NCBI GenBank assembly: GCA_964016885.1
Contig: OZ024741.1
Coordinates: forward strand, 405,666,001-405,730,000
Direction: 5' to 3'
Length of the DNA stretch: 64,000 nt
From: Eledone cirrhosa
Taxonomy: Eukaryota
The translations under genes and the position numbers were made by a program. The notes under the pieces are model-generated. The model had not been told where the DNA came from, did no database searches, and saw only the letters and a list, made by a program, of their open reading frames with translations. Positions 1 to 12,331 of this stretch are shown piece after piece (positions within the stretch are counted from its first letter, which is position 1; every line of letters begins with the position of its first letter).

Positions 1-1140
1 GAACTTGCCTATGTCATCCCCCTAATTCTCGTCCTTCCTGACTAACGTGACTACGCCCTTGATCACAGAACTGGGAATTCTCCCGTCCTGCTGTCAGTTG
101 CAGTAGACCGCTTCCAGGAGACCGGAGAACAAGTCTGGCATTGCTACGTAAAATTCGTAGGGTAGACCGTCGAGACCTGGAGATTTGCGTTTGCCGCATT
201 TGCTCAGCGCTTCCCCTATCTCAGCGGCCGAAATCGGCTTTTCGCAGAACTTCGCCTCGCTGAACGAGAGTCGCGGTAGGCCGTCGAGGTACGGACCGAA
301 ATCCATAGCCCCTCCCGGCGTGCAGCCCTGCCCGAACATTTGAGCAAAGTGCCGCTAAAAGGCCGCGCACATCTGCTTCGGCTCACGTATCACGCGTCCA
401 TCTTGGTCCTGCAAAGACCGAATCGTCACTCGGGCCCAGCTAACAGCTTTAGCTCCCTCGTTTCCCAGAGCACGTATTTTGCTTCTGACAACGCAGCCTT
501 TATGCTTTGCATCGAAGAACTGGTCCAAGGCCGTTCTCGTCGCTAGCACGCTGGCTACGTTGCCACTCCTAAGTGCCTCTTCTACTTTATCTACCAGTTC
601 CTTTTCGGTCTTATTTCTATCTAACACTAATTCTTTACTAAAACCTATCGAGTCTAATCTAACTGCCCTCTTGAGAGAGTACCACCATCTGTTATTGACA
701 ATGGCCCCTGCCAAGTGCTGCTTAACTAAAGTGCTAATCCGTCTACTGTAGACTTTGCTTGTCGGTAACGACAAGTTCAGCTTCCAGTAGTGACCTGCTT
801 AGTCAAGGTTGACTAAGCAGGTCACTAATTTGTGATCTGAATAGGCAACCATGGTCATTTGTGGACAGCTTAACATGTCCCTATCCTTCTTTCTAACTAG
901 AACCCTATCTAGGTACGATCTAGATGTTCCGCTAGGATTAGTCCACGTCCACAGTGGCACAGTCGCAAAATCTAGTCGATATCTATCGGCCAGGTCAAAT
1001 CGGCCGATTAACTGTTTGAGGCTGTTACACTCCCTCTATCGGGACATGCTCCCACATAGTCCCAAAGTGCATCTAGGATTCCATTCCAGTCCCCCACTAA
1101 CAGCAGGGAATGGGACGTTCCTAGAAAAGTTTCCAGACGT
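1..1140 (-). mobile_element. Tx1/L1-type non-LTR retrotransposon copy E1 (subfamily B-like), 5'-truncated within the endonuclease domain, degraded; continues beyond window start
   Basis: Colinear with E5 ORF2 (~16510-17687) but with internal deletions and frameshifts; ORF fragments 94-339 and 355-774 match ORF2 (KRKSPGLDGLPYEFY, LPTSKVYSRRIS); ends at the (GATA)n tract at 1141. Confidence 0.9.
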
Positions 1141-1170
1141 AGATAGATAGATAGATAGATAGATAGACAG
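1141..1170 (+). repeat. (GATA)n junction tract between E1 and E2
   Basis: agatagatagatagatagatagatagacag read directly. Confidence 0.95.
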
Positions 1171-4100
1171 ACAAATGGGTTGTTTAATACCCCGTCGATA
1201 GAACAACCCTCAGCTTCAGGAGCGTGTTCTGCAAGTGCTCCTTTCTTCCCTATGCTCTCATCTTCAACCTACAGGTTTATATACAGAGAAGGCCCAATCA
1301 CTCGGGCCATTTTTTCCACATTCACCCACCTTTCAGTAAACTTACTGTGGTGCAATGCCTCTCTTTCCACTCTGATTCTCCTTCTAAAGTGGTTTCTAAA
1401 GAAGGGAATGAGTTGAAAAGCATCTGTCCTCAGTCCTCTCAATCTCGTCCACCATATAACCTCTTTCACCAGAACCACTATACAGAGGAAAACCGCCTCT
1501 CTTTCGTTTTTGAAAGAAGTTGGCAGTTTGATCTTTACTATGGACTCGGCAGTCAACTGGATTTGTCCCATACGTGACAGCAGTTGTTCCGCGTAGTTCC
1601 ACAGGTTGGTTACGCCCGGGCAGTGTACAATTACGTGCAGGACGGTTTTAATGTCCTGCGCGCATCTTGAACACGTCCTCTTGGAAGGATCCCCGCCTGG
1701 GCGTCCGCTTCTGTAGATCTTGTCACGAACTGGTAGAGCTCCTCGGTAGCACTGCCAGGCCAGGGACCTCTGAAAGTTGTCCATGGGTCCCGGGCGGAAA
1801 GCCTACCAAACAGACTGCTGGGTTCGTCGTCTTCGACGCCTAGAGTTTCTCCGAGCACGTCGTCGCCCTTGTGACGTACTAACCCGCTATAGAATGTCGA
1901 AGTGGAGTCTCCACTGATTGCTGTGCCCGCTTGACAGAGGACTGTGAGTAGCTGCGAGCATTCAATGTGCCGGGGGCCCATCTTCTTCGGTCTTCGCTTG
2001 ACCCAGGACTGCAGCTCCGTCAGCGAGACAAGTTGCGGGAAGGCCTGTCTCACAAACGGTGCCCACACCGGTTGGGGGTCGGTGAGGAATATCTGGAGAT
2101 GCCGCAGCCTCAGCGCATGTTTGCGCATCATCAGCCACGGCATTCCCAACCCTCCGTTGGAAGGGTGCTGACAGCAGACGGATCTCCTCACCAGCGGAGC
2201 CTGCTTCTTCCACAGAAACTGGAAGAACATGCGTTCCATCTTGGTGAGGTGTTCACGTGGACAAGGCGCGACGGTCAAGCGGTAGTAGATGATGGACGCT
2301 ATGGAAGTGTTGGCCACCTCCACTCGATCTTTCAAGGATAGTTTGCACTCTGCCCATTTCTGGGTGAGCGCAAATACCTTAGCCGTGACCTCGTTCCAGT
2401 TTTTCTCCACCTGGAGGTCTGGACCGAACCAGACCCCGAGCAATTTCACTGGTCCTTCCGTCCAGCGTCCGACGACGCTGTTGGACGGCATCTGTTTGCC
2501 TCTCCGCGTTCCGAGTTGCAAACCGACAGACTTATCCGGGTTGAGTTTTGCTCCTATGAATCTTTCGTATTTCTGTAGTAGGTTGTCGATTACCACGATT
2601 TCCGAGGTTTGCGACACCATTACCGTAATGTCGTCGGCATAAGCCGACGCCGCTTTTCGCAGTCCCGGTTCTAAAGGCATGCCCTACAAAAGCCCTAACT
2701 TCCACAGTAGTGGCTCTAGAGTCAATACGTACAGAATGGAGGAGAGAGGGCATTCCTGTCGAATGGAACGCGTGATTGCGAACGGCTCCGATAGGTAGCC
2801 GTTCACCTTGACCTTCGAGCAGATGCTGGTGTGCATCGCCTTGATCCATCCTCTGAAAACGGGATCGAAACCGGCCGCCTTGAGAACCGCTTCCAAGTAT
2901 CGATGGTCGACCCTATAGAATGCCTTAGACTGATCTAAATTGATCAGAGCCCCACCGAAGCCGGGTTTACACCCCACCCTCTCTACGATGTATCGCATGA
3001 GGTGGAGGTTGTCGTGTATGGACCTGGTCGGGATTGCACACGTTTGCGCTTTCCCTACCAGGTTTTCGACGACAAGCGCCAGGCTCGTTGCTAGCACCTC
3101 GGCCAAAATCTTTAACTCTGTGATGAGAGAGTTATGGGCCTGAAATTGTTTATTTCGTCCCCCTTGTTCTCGTCTTTCCTGATCAGCGTTACTACGCCCT
3201 TGCCAGCGGAACTGGGAATTGTCCCGTTCTGATGCCAATTGCAGAAGACGGCTTCGAGGACGCCAGAGAACAAGTCCGGCATGCCTATGTAAAACTCATA
3301 GGGTAGACCATCTAGATCGGGTGATGTGCCTTTCTCGCAGCGGCCCAGAGCGTCCCGTATCTCAGTGACTGTGATCGGTCTTTCGCAGAACTCGGCGTCC
3401 ATGCTCAAGAGACGCAGCAGGCCGTCGAGGTATGAACCAAAGTCCATTACCCCGTTCGGTGCACTGTCGTTTAGCTCAAACAGTTGCGCAGAGTGTCGCT
3501 GAAAGGCCGCGCACATCTGCCTGGGGTCAAGTAGCACGCATCCGTTTTGGTCTTTCAAAGACCGAATCGTGGACTTGTTGCCACTTTTCGCTTCCGCCTC
3601 TCGGGCCCAGCTAACAGCTTTTGCTCCCTCGTTTCCTAGAGCACGTGATTTACTTCTGACCACGCAGCCTTCGTGTTTCGCGTCGAAGAACTGGTCCAGT
3701 GTCGTTCTCGATGCTAGCACTATAGCTGCGTTGCCACTCCTAAGCGCCTCTTCTACCTTTGCTATGAGTTCTGTTTCTGGTTTGTTTTTCTCTAAAGCTA
3801 ATTCTCTGCTAAACCCTATCAATTCTACTTTAATTGCTCTCTTGAGAGAGTACACCATCTATTGTTGACGATGGCTCCCGTCAACTCTTGCTTAACTAAT
3901 CTACTTATCTGTTCACTGTAGGCTTTTCGTGCCGGCAACGACATGTTCAGCTTCCAGTATCCGGGTCCTTGTCTATGTATTGTATCACGGTTGACTATGC
4001 AGACGACTAGTTTCTGATCTGAATAGCCAACCATGTGCATTTGTGGACAGCTTATCATCATTTGTGGAAAGCATATACATTTTTGAGGCTGTTGCACCCC

Positions 4101-5744
4101 CTCCCTACTGGGACATGCTCCCACATAGTCCCATCGTGCATCTAGGATACCATTCCAGTCCCCCACTAAAAGGAAGGAGCGAGACGTTCCCAGAAAAGAC
4201 TCTAGACGCTTAAAGAAGTCTGGCCGCGATTGTGATTGCCCGGTAGGGGCATAAACGGCCACCAGTCTGAAGGTTCCACCTCCAATACTGTTCACGTCTA
4301 GGACTACCAGTCTACCCTCCGGGTCCAAGTGTACTTGCTGTACTTCAAGATCCAGGTTTTTCCGAAACATGACAGTCACTCCCCTCTACCTCCCAGCTGA
4401 CAGAGAGATGCGTAGATCTCAAAGTCATTGAAGACGGGGGTTAGTTGCTGCCTGTTGTGGATCCTGGACTCGGTGATGGCTATTACATCTATACCGTGTG
4501 ACCTAAGGTCGTTTAAAAGTTGGCCCTGTTTCCAGCGCATCCCTAGGCCACGCACATTCACGCTTCCAACTCGTAAGTCAACCATGTTGTTGGAGAAGAG
4601 TTGGCGATTAGAACGAAAAGGTGCACTTGCCTTTTCGTTTCCTGGAGATCGGGTTGTTCAATCTCCATTACAGTTCTGGTGGGGGTGTTGAGTGGGGTGG
4701 GCAAACATTTCAACAGGACACGGTTTATTGGTTTTTGGCAGGGGTTGCCAACGTCCTGTGAAAACTGTTCTTTCAATTTCTGATAGGTTTTTATCGAAAC
4801 CCTTATTAGTTTTAGGTGTGGTTGAGAGTCTGCTTTTACAAAAGTTTTCCCCTCAGTTTCTACTTTGGGGTCTTGAGAGATGCCGTCTATCGAATTTTTA
4901 TTGTTTGTGTTAATGTATGTGTATTGTTGTTTGTTTTTTTGTTGTGTTGTTTTGGTTTGTTGTTCATTTTGTAGTTTTCTTTTTATGGTGGGCATTTGTG
5001 TTTGGAGTGGTGTTGGTGTTTGTTTTGCTGGAGGGGGGGGGGGAGATTGTGGTTGTGTTTGCGTTGTTGTTTGTGTTGGTGGTTGTGTGTTCGTGTTGGT
5101 GATTGTTGTTTTGTGGCTTTGTGGTGTCTCTTTTTTTATTTTTTTTTTTATTTACGAAGCTCATCTTCACTTGGTTTCATTTGGACCAAAATTTCCAAGC
5201 TTGTGCCGTTCCAGGTGTTTCTTGTGGATTTTTGAATCGACAGTATTGTGTCTTCATCCTCCTTCAAGAACCCTGCCAGAATCCACCAGATGTTAATGTT
5301 GGATGGTATATTGGTAATGTTTATTCTTTGTGTTCTTTTTCCCATGTATGTAGGGAAAAATGTGTGTATGGCAGAGGTGACCGGGGTCACAGAGTATTTT
5401 TTCGCAAGGGCCTCACTTTTGAAGAGCACCTATGTATAAATTGTATATCTGGCATTGCCTCTTTCAAGACGATTTCAATTTCGCCTTGAGTAAGGAAAGC
5501 CGGTATTTTTTTGTTTGTTCAAAATCGTGCGAAAAATCACAGTCCTTCGCATTGTGTCGGCTTTGATTTATGGCGGAGAGGTGATATTAAATCCCCCTTT
5601 TTCCTCGAAGGTAATATATTTTTTTCCTTCATTGATCATTTCCTTCGCATTGGAAATATCAATATTTGTAAAAGTTCCTTTGCTTATTGTGGCAAAAGAC
5701 TTTTTATGGTTGCTGTTGTTGTTGTTGTCATTGTTGTCGATATC
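1171..5744 (-). mobile_element. Tx1/L1-type copy E2 (subfamily C-related), degraded, 5'-truncated in ORF1, missing the last ~135 bp of the 3'UTR
   Basis: ORF2 split into frameshifted pieces (1269-1784, 1631-2680, 2684-3238, 3112-3858, 3825-4379, 4376-4585) closely matching E6; ORF1 remnants at ~4620-5744 (FFPTYMGKRTQ motif) with the zinc-knuckle region deleted. Confidence 0.92.
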
Positions 5745-5758
5745 TAGATAGATAGATA
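5745..5758 (+). repeat. (GATA)n junction tract E2/E3
   Basis: tagatagatagata followed by the reverse complement of AATAAA (tttatt) of E3. Confidence 0.9.
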
Positions 5759-8574
5759 ACTTTCTTTTTATTTGCCACCAGGGCATCAAAAGTGGGACAA
5801 GTACAATGGGGGGAGTTTACATAACATGGCGTCCTCAATATGGAGGAGGCAATAACAAAGTATAAAAATAAAATACGATATAACAAAATAAATTTTATAA
5901 CAAAATCCTCCATAGGGAGGAGGCACCTTGGGGGTCGCACACACCCCCGAAAAAAAGTGTGCAACCCTTCTCCTCAGGAGCACAGAGAGGGGATGCTCCC
6001 TTGATCTTTCCTCTTCCTCACCTATAGTCTGATGTGGAGTGAAGGCCCATTCACACGGGCCATTCTCGCCACTTTCACCCATCTTTCATAAAAACGGCTG
6101 GGGTGCAGCACCTCTCTCTCCATCCTGATCCTTCTTCCGAAATGATATCGGAAGAAACGGACCAGTTGTTGGCCAGAGAGAAAGGCGTCTGACCTCAGTT
6201 CTTTCAGACGCGTCCACCATACAACCTCTTTCGCCGTGGCTATTACGCACAGAAACACCGCCTCTCCTTCGTTTTTGAAGAGGGGGGGGGGGGCGGCTTG
6301 ATCGTTACAATAGACTCGGTGGCCAACCGGATCGGTCCCACCCTTGACAGCAGTTGTTCGACATAGCCCCACAGATCGGCAATGCCGGAGCAGTGTACCA
6401 ATGCGTGTGCAACGGTTTCCTCGTCGCACACGCATCTGGGACAGATCTTTTTCGAGGGGTCCCTACCCGGGCGCCCGTGTCTGTAGAGCCTTTCTCGAAC
6501 GGGCAGAGCTCCTCGGTAGCACTGCCAGGCCAGGGACCTCTGGAAGTTATCCATGGGTCCCGGGCTGAATGTCCTACCGAACAGGTTGGCCAGTTCGTCT
6601 TCCTCCATGCCTAGGGCTTCTCCGAGGGCGTCGTCGCACCTGCTAACCACCAGCCCTCTATAGACTGACGAGGTGGATTCTCCACTGACAGCCGGGTCCG
6701 CCTGCCAGAGAGCAGTGAGCGCCTGGGCACATTCGGTGTGCCAGGCGCCCAGTTTTCTCGGTCTTTGCTTGACCCAGGATTGCAGCTCGGTGAGTGAGAC
6801 GAGTCTGGGAAAGGCTCGCCTCACAAACGGGGCCCACACCGGTTGACCGGTGAGGAATACCTGGAGGTGCCGTAGCCTTAATGCGTGTTTACGTATCATT
6901 AGCCACGGCATCCCCAGCCCTCCTTTCGAAGGGTGTTGACAGCAGATGGATCTCCTCACCATAGGAGCCCGCTTCTTCCAAAGGAATTGGAAGAGTGCGC
7001 GCTCCATTTTGGCGAGCGTTTCCCTTGGGCAAGGCACAACGGTCAGGCGGTAGTAGATGACGGGCGCTATATAAGTGTTCGCCATCTCCGCCCGACCTTT
7101 CAGGGACAGTTTGCACTCGGCCCACTTCTGGGTCAGTGCAAACACCCTGTTCGTTACCTCACCCCAGTTCTTCTCCACCTGGAGGTCTGGTCCGAACCAG
7201 ACCCCGAGCAACTTCACCGGGCCCTCCGTCCAGCGCCCGACGACGCCATCGGAGGGCATCGATCTGCCCCTCCACGTGCCGAGTTGCAGACCGATCGACT
7301 TGTCTCGGTTCAGCTTAGCCCCTGTAAACCTTTCGCACTCCTCCAGTAAGGTGCCGATCGACCCGATTTCCGAGGCCGTCGACATCATTACTGTTACGTC
7401 ATTGGCGTAGGCCGACACCGCTTTCCGCAATCCCGGTTCCAACGGGATGCCCTGCAACAACTCCAACTTCCGCAGCAGTGGCTCTAGAATCATTACATAC
7501 AGAAGGGAGGAGAGAGGGCACCCTTGTCGGATGGACCGCGCGATTTCGAACGGCTCCGACAGGTAGCCGTTCACCTTGACCCTACGGCAGATGCGGCTGC
7601 TGTGCATGGCATTGATCCAGCCCCTGAAATCGGGTCCGAAGCCTGCCGCCGCTAGCACCGCATCCAGGTAACCATGGTCAACCCTATCGAATGCCTTAGA
7701 TTGATCCAAGTGGATCAGGGCCCCACCAAAGCCGTGTTCGTTCCCAACCCTCTCTATGATGTATTGCATGAGGTGGAGCTTGTCGTGGATGGACCGGGAC
7801 GGGATAGCACATGTCTGCGCATCTCCCACCAGGTTGCCCACGACAAGCGCCAACCTCTTTGCTAGCAACTTGGCCAAAATCTGTAACTCTGTATTTAGCA
7901 GAGTTATGGGCCTGAAGTTATTTATATCGTCCCCCTTGTTCTCGTCCTTCCTCACTAGCGTGACTACGCCCTTGGTCACAGCACAGGGAATTCTCCCGTT
8001 CTGTTGCCAGTTGCAGTAGACCGCCTCGAGGAGATCGGGGAACAAGTCCGGCATAGCTAGATATAGTTCGTATGGAAGACCATCAAGACTCGGGGATTTG
8101 CGTTTGCCGCATTGGCTCAGCACGTCCTCTATCTCAGCGGCTGAAATCGGCTCCTCGCAGGACTTCGCCTCCCTGTCCGAGAGACGCGGCAGGCCGTCGA
8201 GGTATGGACCGAAGTCCACATCCCCAACCGGCTCCCCGCCCCTTCCGAACAATCCGGCAAAGTGCTTTTGAAAAGCCTCTCACATCTGCTTAGGTTCAAG
8301 GATCACCCGTCCATCCTGGTCTCGCAAAGACCGGATAGTGGATCTGCTCCCTCTTTTGGCTTCTGTCACGCGGGCCCAGCTAACAGCTTTGGTCCCCTCG
8401 TTTCCCAGAGCACGTATTTTGCTTCGGACGATGCAGCCTTCGCGTTTCGCGTCGAAGAACTAGCCCAGGGCCGTTCTCGACGCTAGCACTCTGGCCACGT
8501 CACCGCTTCTAATTGCCTCTTCTACACTATCTACCAACACCCTTTCCTTCCTATTTCTATTTGAGGCTAACTCC
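5759..8574 (-). mobile_element. Tx1/L1-type copy E3 (subfamily A), 5'-truncated in ORF2, defective
   Basis: Complete 3'UTR like E4; RT ORF 6243-8252 has YADD mutated to YAND; premature TGA at 8280-8282; frameshift at the G run ~6282-6293. Confidence 0.93.
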
Positions 8575-8605
8575 ATAGATAGATAAATAGATAGATAGAT
8601 AGATA
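8575..8605 (+). repeat. (GATA)n junction tract E3/E4
   Basis: atagatagataaatagatagatagatagata read directly. Confidence 0.95.
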
Positions 8606-8869
8606 TATTTCTTTTATTTGCCACTAGGGCATCAAAAGTGGGACAAGTACAAAGGGGGGAGTTTACACAAAAAGGCGTCCTCAATAAGGAGGAGGCAATA
8701 ACAAAATATAAAAATAAAATAAGATATAACAAAAAATAAAATTTTTAACAAAATCCTCAATAGAGAGGAGGCGCCTTGGGGGGTCGCACACACCCCCGAA
8801 AAAAGTGTGCAACCCTTCTCCTCAGGAGCACAGAGAAGGGGTGCTCCCTTGGTCTTTCATCTTCCTCAC

Positions 8870-11800
8870 CTATAGTCTGATGTAGAGTGAAGGCCCATTC
8901 ACACGGGCCATTCTCGCCACTTTCACCCATCTTTCATAGAAACGGCTGGGGTGCAGCACCTCTCTCTCCATCCTGATCCTTCTTCCGAAATGATATCGGA
9001 AGAAACGGACCAGTTGTTGGCCAGAGAGAAAGGTGCCCGACCTCAGTCCTTTCAGACGCGTCCACCATACAACCTCTTTCGCCATGGCTATTACGCACAG
9101 AAACACCGCCTCTGCTTCATCTTTGAAGGGGGGAGGCGGCTTGATCATTACAATAGACTCGGTGGTCAACCGGATCGGTCCCACCCTTGACAGCAGTTGT
9201 TCGACATAGCCCCACAGATCCGCTACGCCCGAGCAGTGTACTAATGCGTGTGCAACGGTTTCCTCGTCGCACACGCATCTGGGACAGATCTTTTTGGCGG
9301 GGTCCCTACCCGGGCGCCCGTGTCTGTAGAGCCTTTCTCGAACGGGTAAAGCCCCTCGGTAGCACTGCCAGGCCAGGGACTTCTGGAAGTTGTCCATAGG
9401 TCCCGGGCTGAATGTCCTACCGAACAGGCTGGCCAGTTCGTGCTCCTCCATGTCTAGGGCTTCTCCGAGGGCGTCGTCGCACCTGCTGCGTACCAGCCCT
9501 CTATAGAATGTTGCGGTGGAGTCTCCACTGATAACCGGATCCGCCTGCCAGAGGGCGGTGAGCGCCTGGGCACACTCAGTGTGCCAGGCGCCCAGTTTTC
9601 TCGGTCTCTGCTTGACCCAGGATTGCAGCTCGGTGAGTGAGACGAGTCTGGGAAAGGTTCGTCTCACAAACGAGGCCCACACCGGTTGTCCGGTGAGGAA
9701 TACGTAGAGGTGCCGTAGCCTTAATGCGTGTTTACGCATCATTAGCCACGGCATCCCCAGCCCTCCTTTCGAAGGGTGTTGACAGCAGATGGATCTCCTC
9801 ACCATAGGAGCCCGCCTCTTCCAAAGGAATTGGAAGAGCGCGCGCTCCATCTTGGTGAGGGTTTCCCTTGGGCAGGGTACTACGGTCAGGCGGTAGTAGA
9901 TGACGGACGCTATGTAGGTGTTCGCCACCTCCGCCCGACCTTTCAGGGATAGTTTGCAACTGGCCCACTTCTGGGTCAGTGCAAACACCCTGTTCGTAAC
10001 CTCCGCCCAGTTTTTCTCCACCTGGAGGTCCGGTCCGAACCAGACCCCGAGCAACTTCACCGGGCCCTCCGTCCAGCGTCCGACGACGCTATCGGAGGGC
10101 ACCGGTCTGCCCCTCCACGTGCCGAGTTGCAAACCGATCGACTTGTCCCGGTTCAGCTTAGCCCCTGTGAACTTTTCGTACTCCTCCAGTAAGGTGCCGA
10201 CCGCCTCGATTTCGGAGGCCGTCGACACCATTACTGTCACGTCATCGGCGTAGGCCGACACCGCTTTCCGCAATCCCGGTTCCAAAGGGATGCCCTGCAA
10301 CAACTCCAACTTCCGCAGTAGTGGCTCGAGAGTCAACACATACAGAAGGGAGGAGAGAGGGCACCCTTGTCGGATGGACCGCGCGATTTTGAACGGCTCC
10401 GAGAGGTAGCCGTTCACCTTGACCCTAGAGCAGATGCGGCTGCTGTGCATAGCAGTGATCCAGCCCCTGAAAACGGGTCCGAAGCCTGCCGCCTCTAGCA
10501 CCGCATCCAGGTAACCATGGTCGACCCTATCGAACGCCTTAGATTGATCCAAGTTGATAAGAGCCCCACCAAAGCCGGGTTCGTTCCCAACCCTCTCTAT
10601 GATGTATCGCATGAGGTGGAGGTTGTCATGGATGGACCTGGACGGGATAGCGCATGTCTGCGCATCTCCCACCAGGTTGCCCACGACAAGCGCCAACCTC
10701 TTTGCTAGCACCTTGGCCAAAATCTGTAACTCTGTATTTAGCAGAGTTATGGGCCTGAAGTTACTTATTTCGTCCCCCTTGTTCTCGTCCTTCCTCACTA
10801 GCGTGACTACGCCCTTGGTCACAGTACAGGGAATTCTCCCGTTCTGTTGCCAGTTGCAGTAGACCGCCTCGAGGAGATCGGGGAACAAGTCCGGCATAGC
10901 TAGATATAATTCGTAAGGAAGACCATCGAGACCCGGGGATTTGCGTTTGCCGCATTGGCTCAGCACGTCCTCTATCTCAGCGGCCGAAATCGGCTCCTCG
11001 CAGGACTTCGCCTCCCTGTCCGAGAGGCGCAGCAGGCCGTCGAGGTATGGACCGAAGTCCACGTTCCCAACCGGCTCCCCGCCCCTCCCGAACAGTCGGG
11101 CAAAGTGCCTTTGAAAGGCCTCACACATCTGCTTAGGCTCAAGAATCGCCCGTCCATCCAGGTCTCGCAAAGACCGGATGGTGGATTTAGTTCCACTGTT
11201 GGCCTCTGTCACGCGGGCCCAGCTAACAGCTTTGGTCCCCTCGTTCCCTAGAGCACGTATTTTACTTCGGACAACGCAGCCTTCGTGCTTCGCGTCGAAA
11301 AACTGGCTCAAAGCCGTTCTCGACGCTAGCACTCTGTCCACGTCGCCGCTTCTAATTGCCTCTTCTACTCTATCTATTAGCTCCCTTTCCTTCCTATTCC
11401 TATCCGCAGCTAGAACCTTACTAAATTCTATCGAGACTACTCTAATCTCTCTCTTTAGAGATACCCACCACCTGCTGTTGACGATCGCTCCAGTCAACCG
11501 TTCCTTAACTAACGTACTAATCCGATTCCTGTAGGCTCTAGTTGCCGGCAAGGACAAGTTGAGCTTCCAGTAACCGGGGCCCTGTCTATGAGTTCTGTCA
11601 AGGTTGACCATGCAGGTCACTAATTTGTGGTCTGAATAGCCAACCATGCGCATTTTTGGACAACTTAAAAAGTCCTTATCCTTAATTCTAACTAAGAACC
11701 TATCTAGGTACGACCTAGATGATCCGCTACGATTTGCCCAAGTCCAGGTTGGCGCAGTCGGAAAATCTAGTCGATATCTATCGGCCAGGTCAAATCGACC

Positions 11801-12307
11801 GATTAACCCTTTGAGGCTATTACACCCCTCTCTATCGGGGCAGGCCCCTACGTAGTCCCAGCGTGCATCTAGGATACCATTCCAGTCCCCCACTAATAGC
11901 AAGGAACGGGACGTCCCTAGAAAAGTCTCCAGACGATGGAAGAAGTCCGGCCGCATTGACCCGAAAGGGCCGTAGGCGGCTACCAACCTAAACGCTCCGC
12001 CTTTACCACTGCCAAGGTCCAGAACCACTAGTCGACCCTCCGGGTCCAAATGTACCATCTGTGTTGCGAGACCCAGATGTTTTTGCAGCAGAACGACAAC
12101 TCCACCCCCACCTCCGGGCTGACAGAGAGATGCGTGCATCTCAAAGTCATCAAAGGTGGGGGCCAGCTGTCGCACGTTGCTGATCCGGGCCTCGCAAATA
12201 ACCATCACATCTATACGTTGTGACCTGAGGTCATTTAGAAGCATTGCTTGCTTCCAAGTTGAGCCCAGGCCACGCGCATTTAAACAGCCTACTCTTAGCA
12301 TAGCCAT
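8870..12307 (-). CDS. ORF2 polyprotein: APE-type endonuclease + reverse transcriptase + C-terminal CCHC (1145 aa from the first ATG)
   Basis: EN motifs LNARGL, GDWN, YLDRF, YSDH; RT motifs KSPGLDG, FRPITLLN, DQSKAFDRV, RQGCPLS, YADD; CPRC-x8-H-x4-C; ATG in CCAACATGG context. Confidence 0.95.
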   Translation of the reverse strand: MAMLRVGCLNARGLGSTWKQAMLLNDLRSQRIDVMVICEARISNVRQLAPTFDDFEMHASLCQPGGGGGVVVLLQKHLGLATQMVHLDPEGRLVVLDLGSGKGGAFRLVAAYGPFGSMRPDFFHRLETFLGTSRSLLLVGDWNGILDARWDYVGACPDREGCNSLKGLIGRFDLADRYRLDFPTAPTWTWANRSGSSRSYLDRFLVRIKDKDFLSCPKMRMVGYSDHKLVTCMVNLDRTHRQGPGYWKLNLSLPATRAYRNRISTLVKERLTGAIVNSRWWVSLKREIRVVSIEFSKVLAADRNRKERELIDRVEEAIRSGDVDRVLASRTALSQFFDAKHEGCVVRSKIRALGNEGTKAVSWARVTEANSGTKSTIRSLRDLDGRAILEPKQMCEAFQRHFARLFGRGGEPVGNVDFGPYLDGLLRLSDREAKSCEEPISAAEIEDVLSQCGKRKSPGLDGLPYELYLAMPDLFPDLLEAVYCNWQQNGRIPCTVTKGVVTLVRKDENKGDEISNFRPITLLNTELQILAKVLAKRLALVVGNLVGDAQTCAIPSRSIHDNLHLMRYIIERVGNEPGFGGALINLDQSKAFDRVDHGYLDAVLEAAGFGPVFRGWITAMHSSRICSRVKVNGYLSEPFKIARSIRQGCPLSSLLYVLTLEPLLRKLELLQGIPLEPGLRKAVSAYADDVTVMVSTASEIEAVGTLLEEYEKFTGAKLNRDKSIGLQLGTWRGRPVPSDSVVGRWTEGPVKLLGVWFGPDLQVEKNWAEVTNRVFALTQKWASCKLSLKGRAEVANTYIASVIYYRLTVVPCPRETLTKMERALFQFLWKRRAPMVRRSICCQHPSKGGLGMPWLMMRKHALRLRHLYVFLTGQPVWASFVRRTFPRLVSLTELQSWVKQRPRKLGAWHTECAQALTALWQADPVISGDSTATFYRGLVRSRCDDALGEALDMEEHELASLFGRTFSPGPMDNFQKSLAWQCYRGALPVRERLYRHGRPGRDPAKKICPRCVCDEETVAHALVHCSGVADLWGYVEQLLSRVGPIRLTTESIVMIKPPPPFKDEAEAVFLCVIAMAKEVVWWTRLKGLRSGTFLSGQQLVRFFRYHFGRRIRMEREVLHPSRFYERWVKVARMARVNGPSLYIRL

Positions 12308-12331
12308 GTTGGTGGTGAAGAGAAAAGGCAC

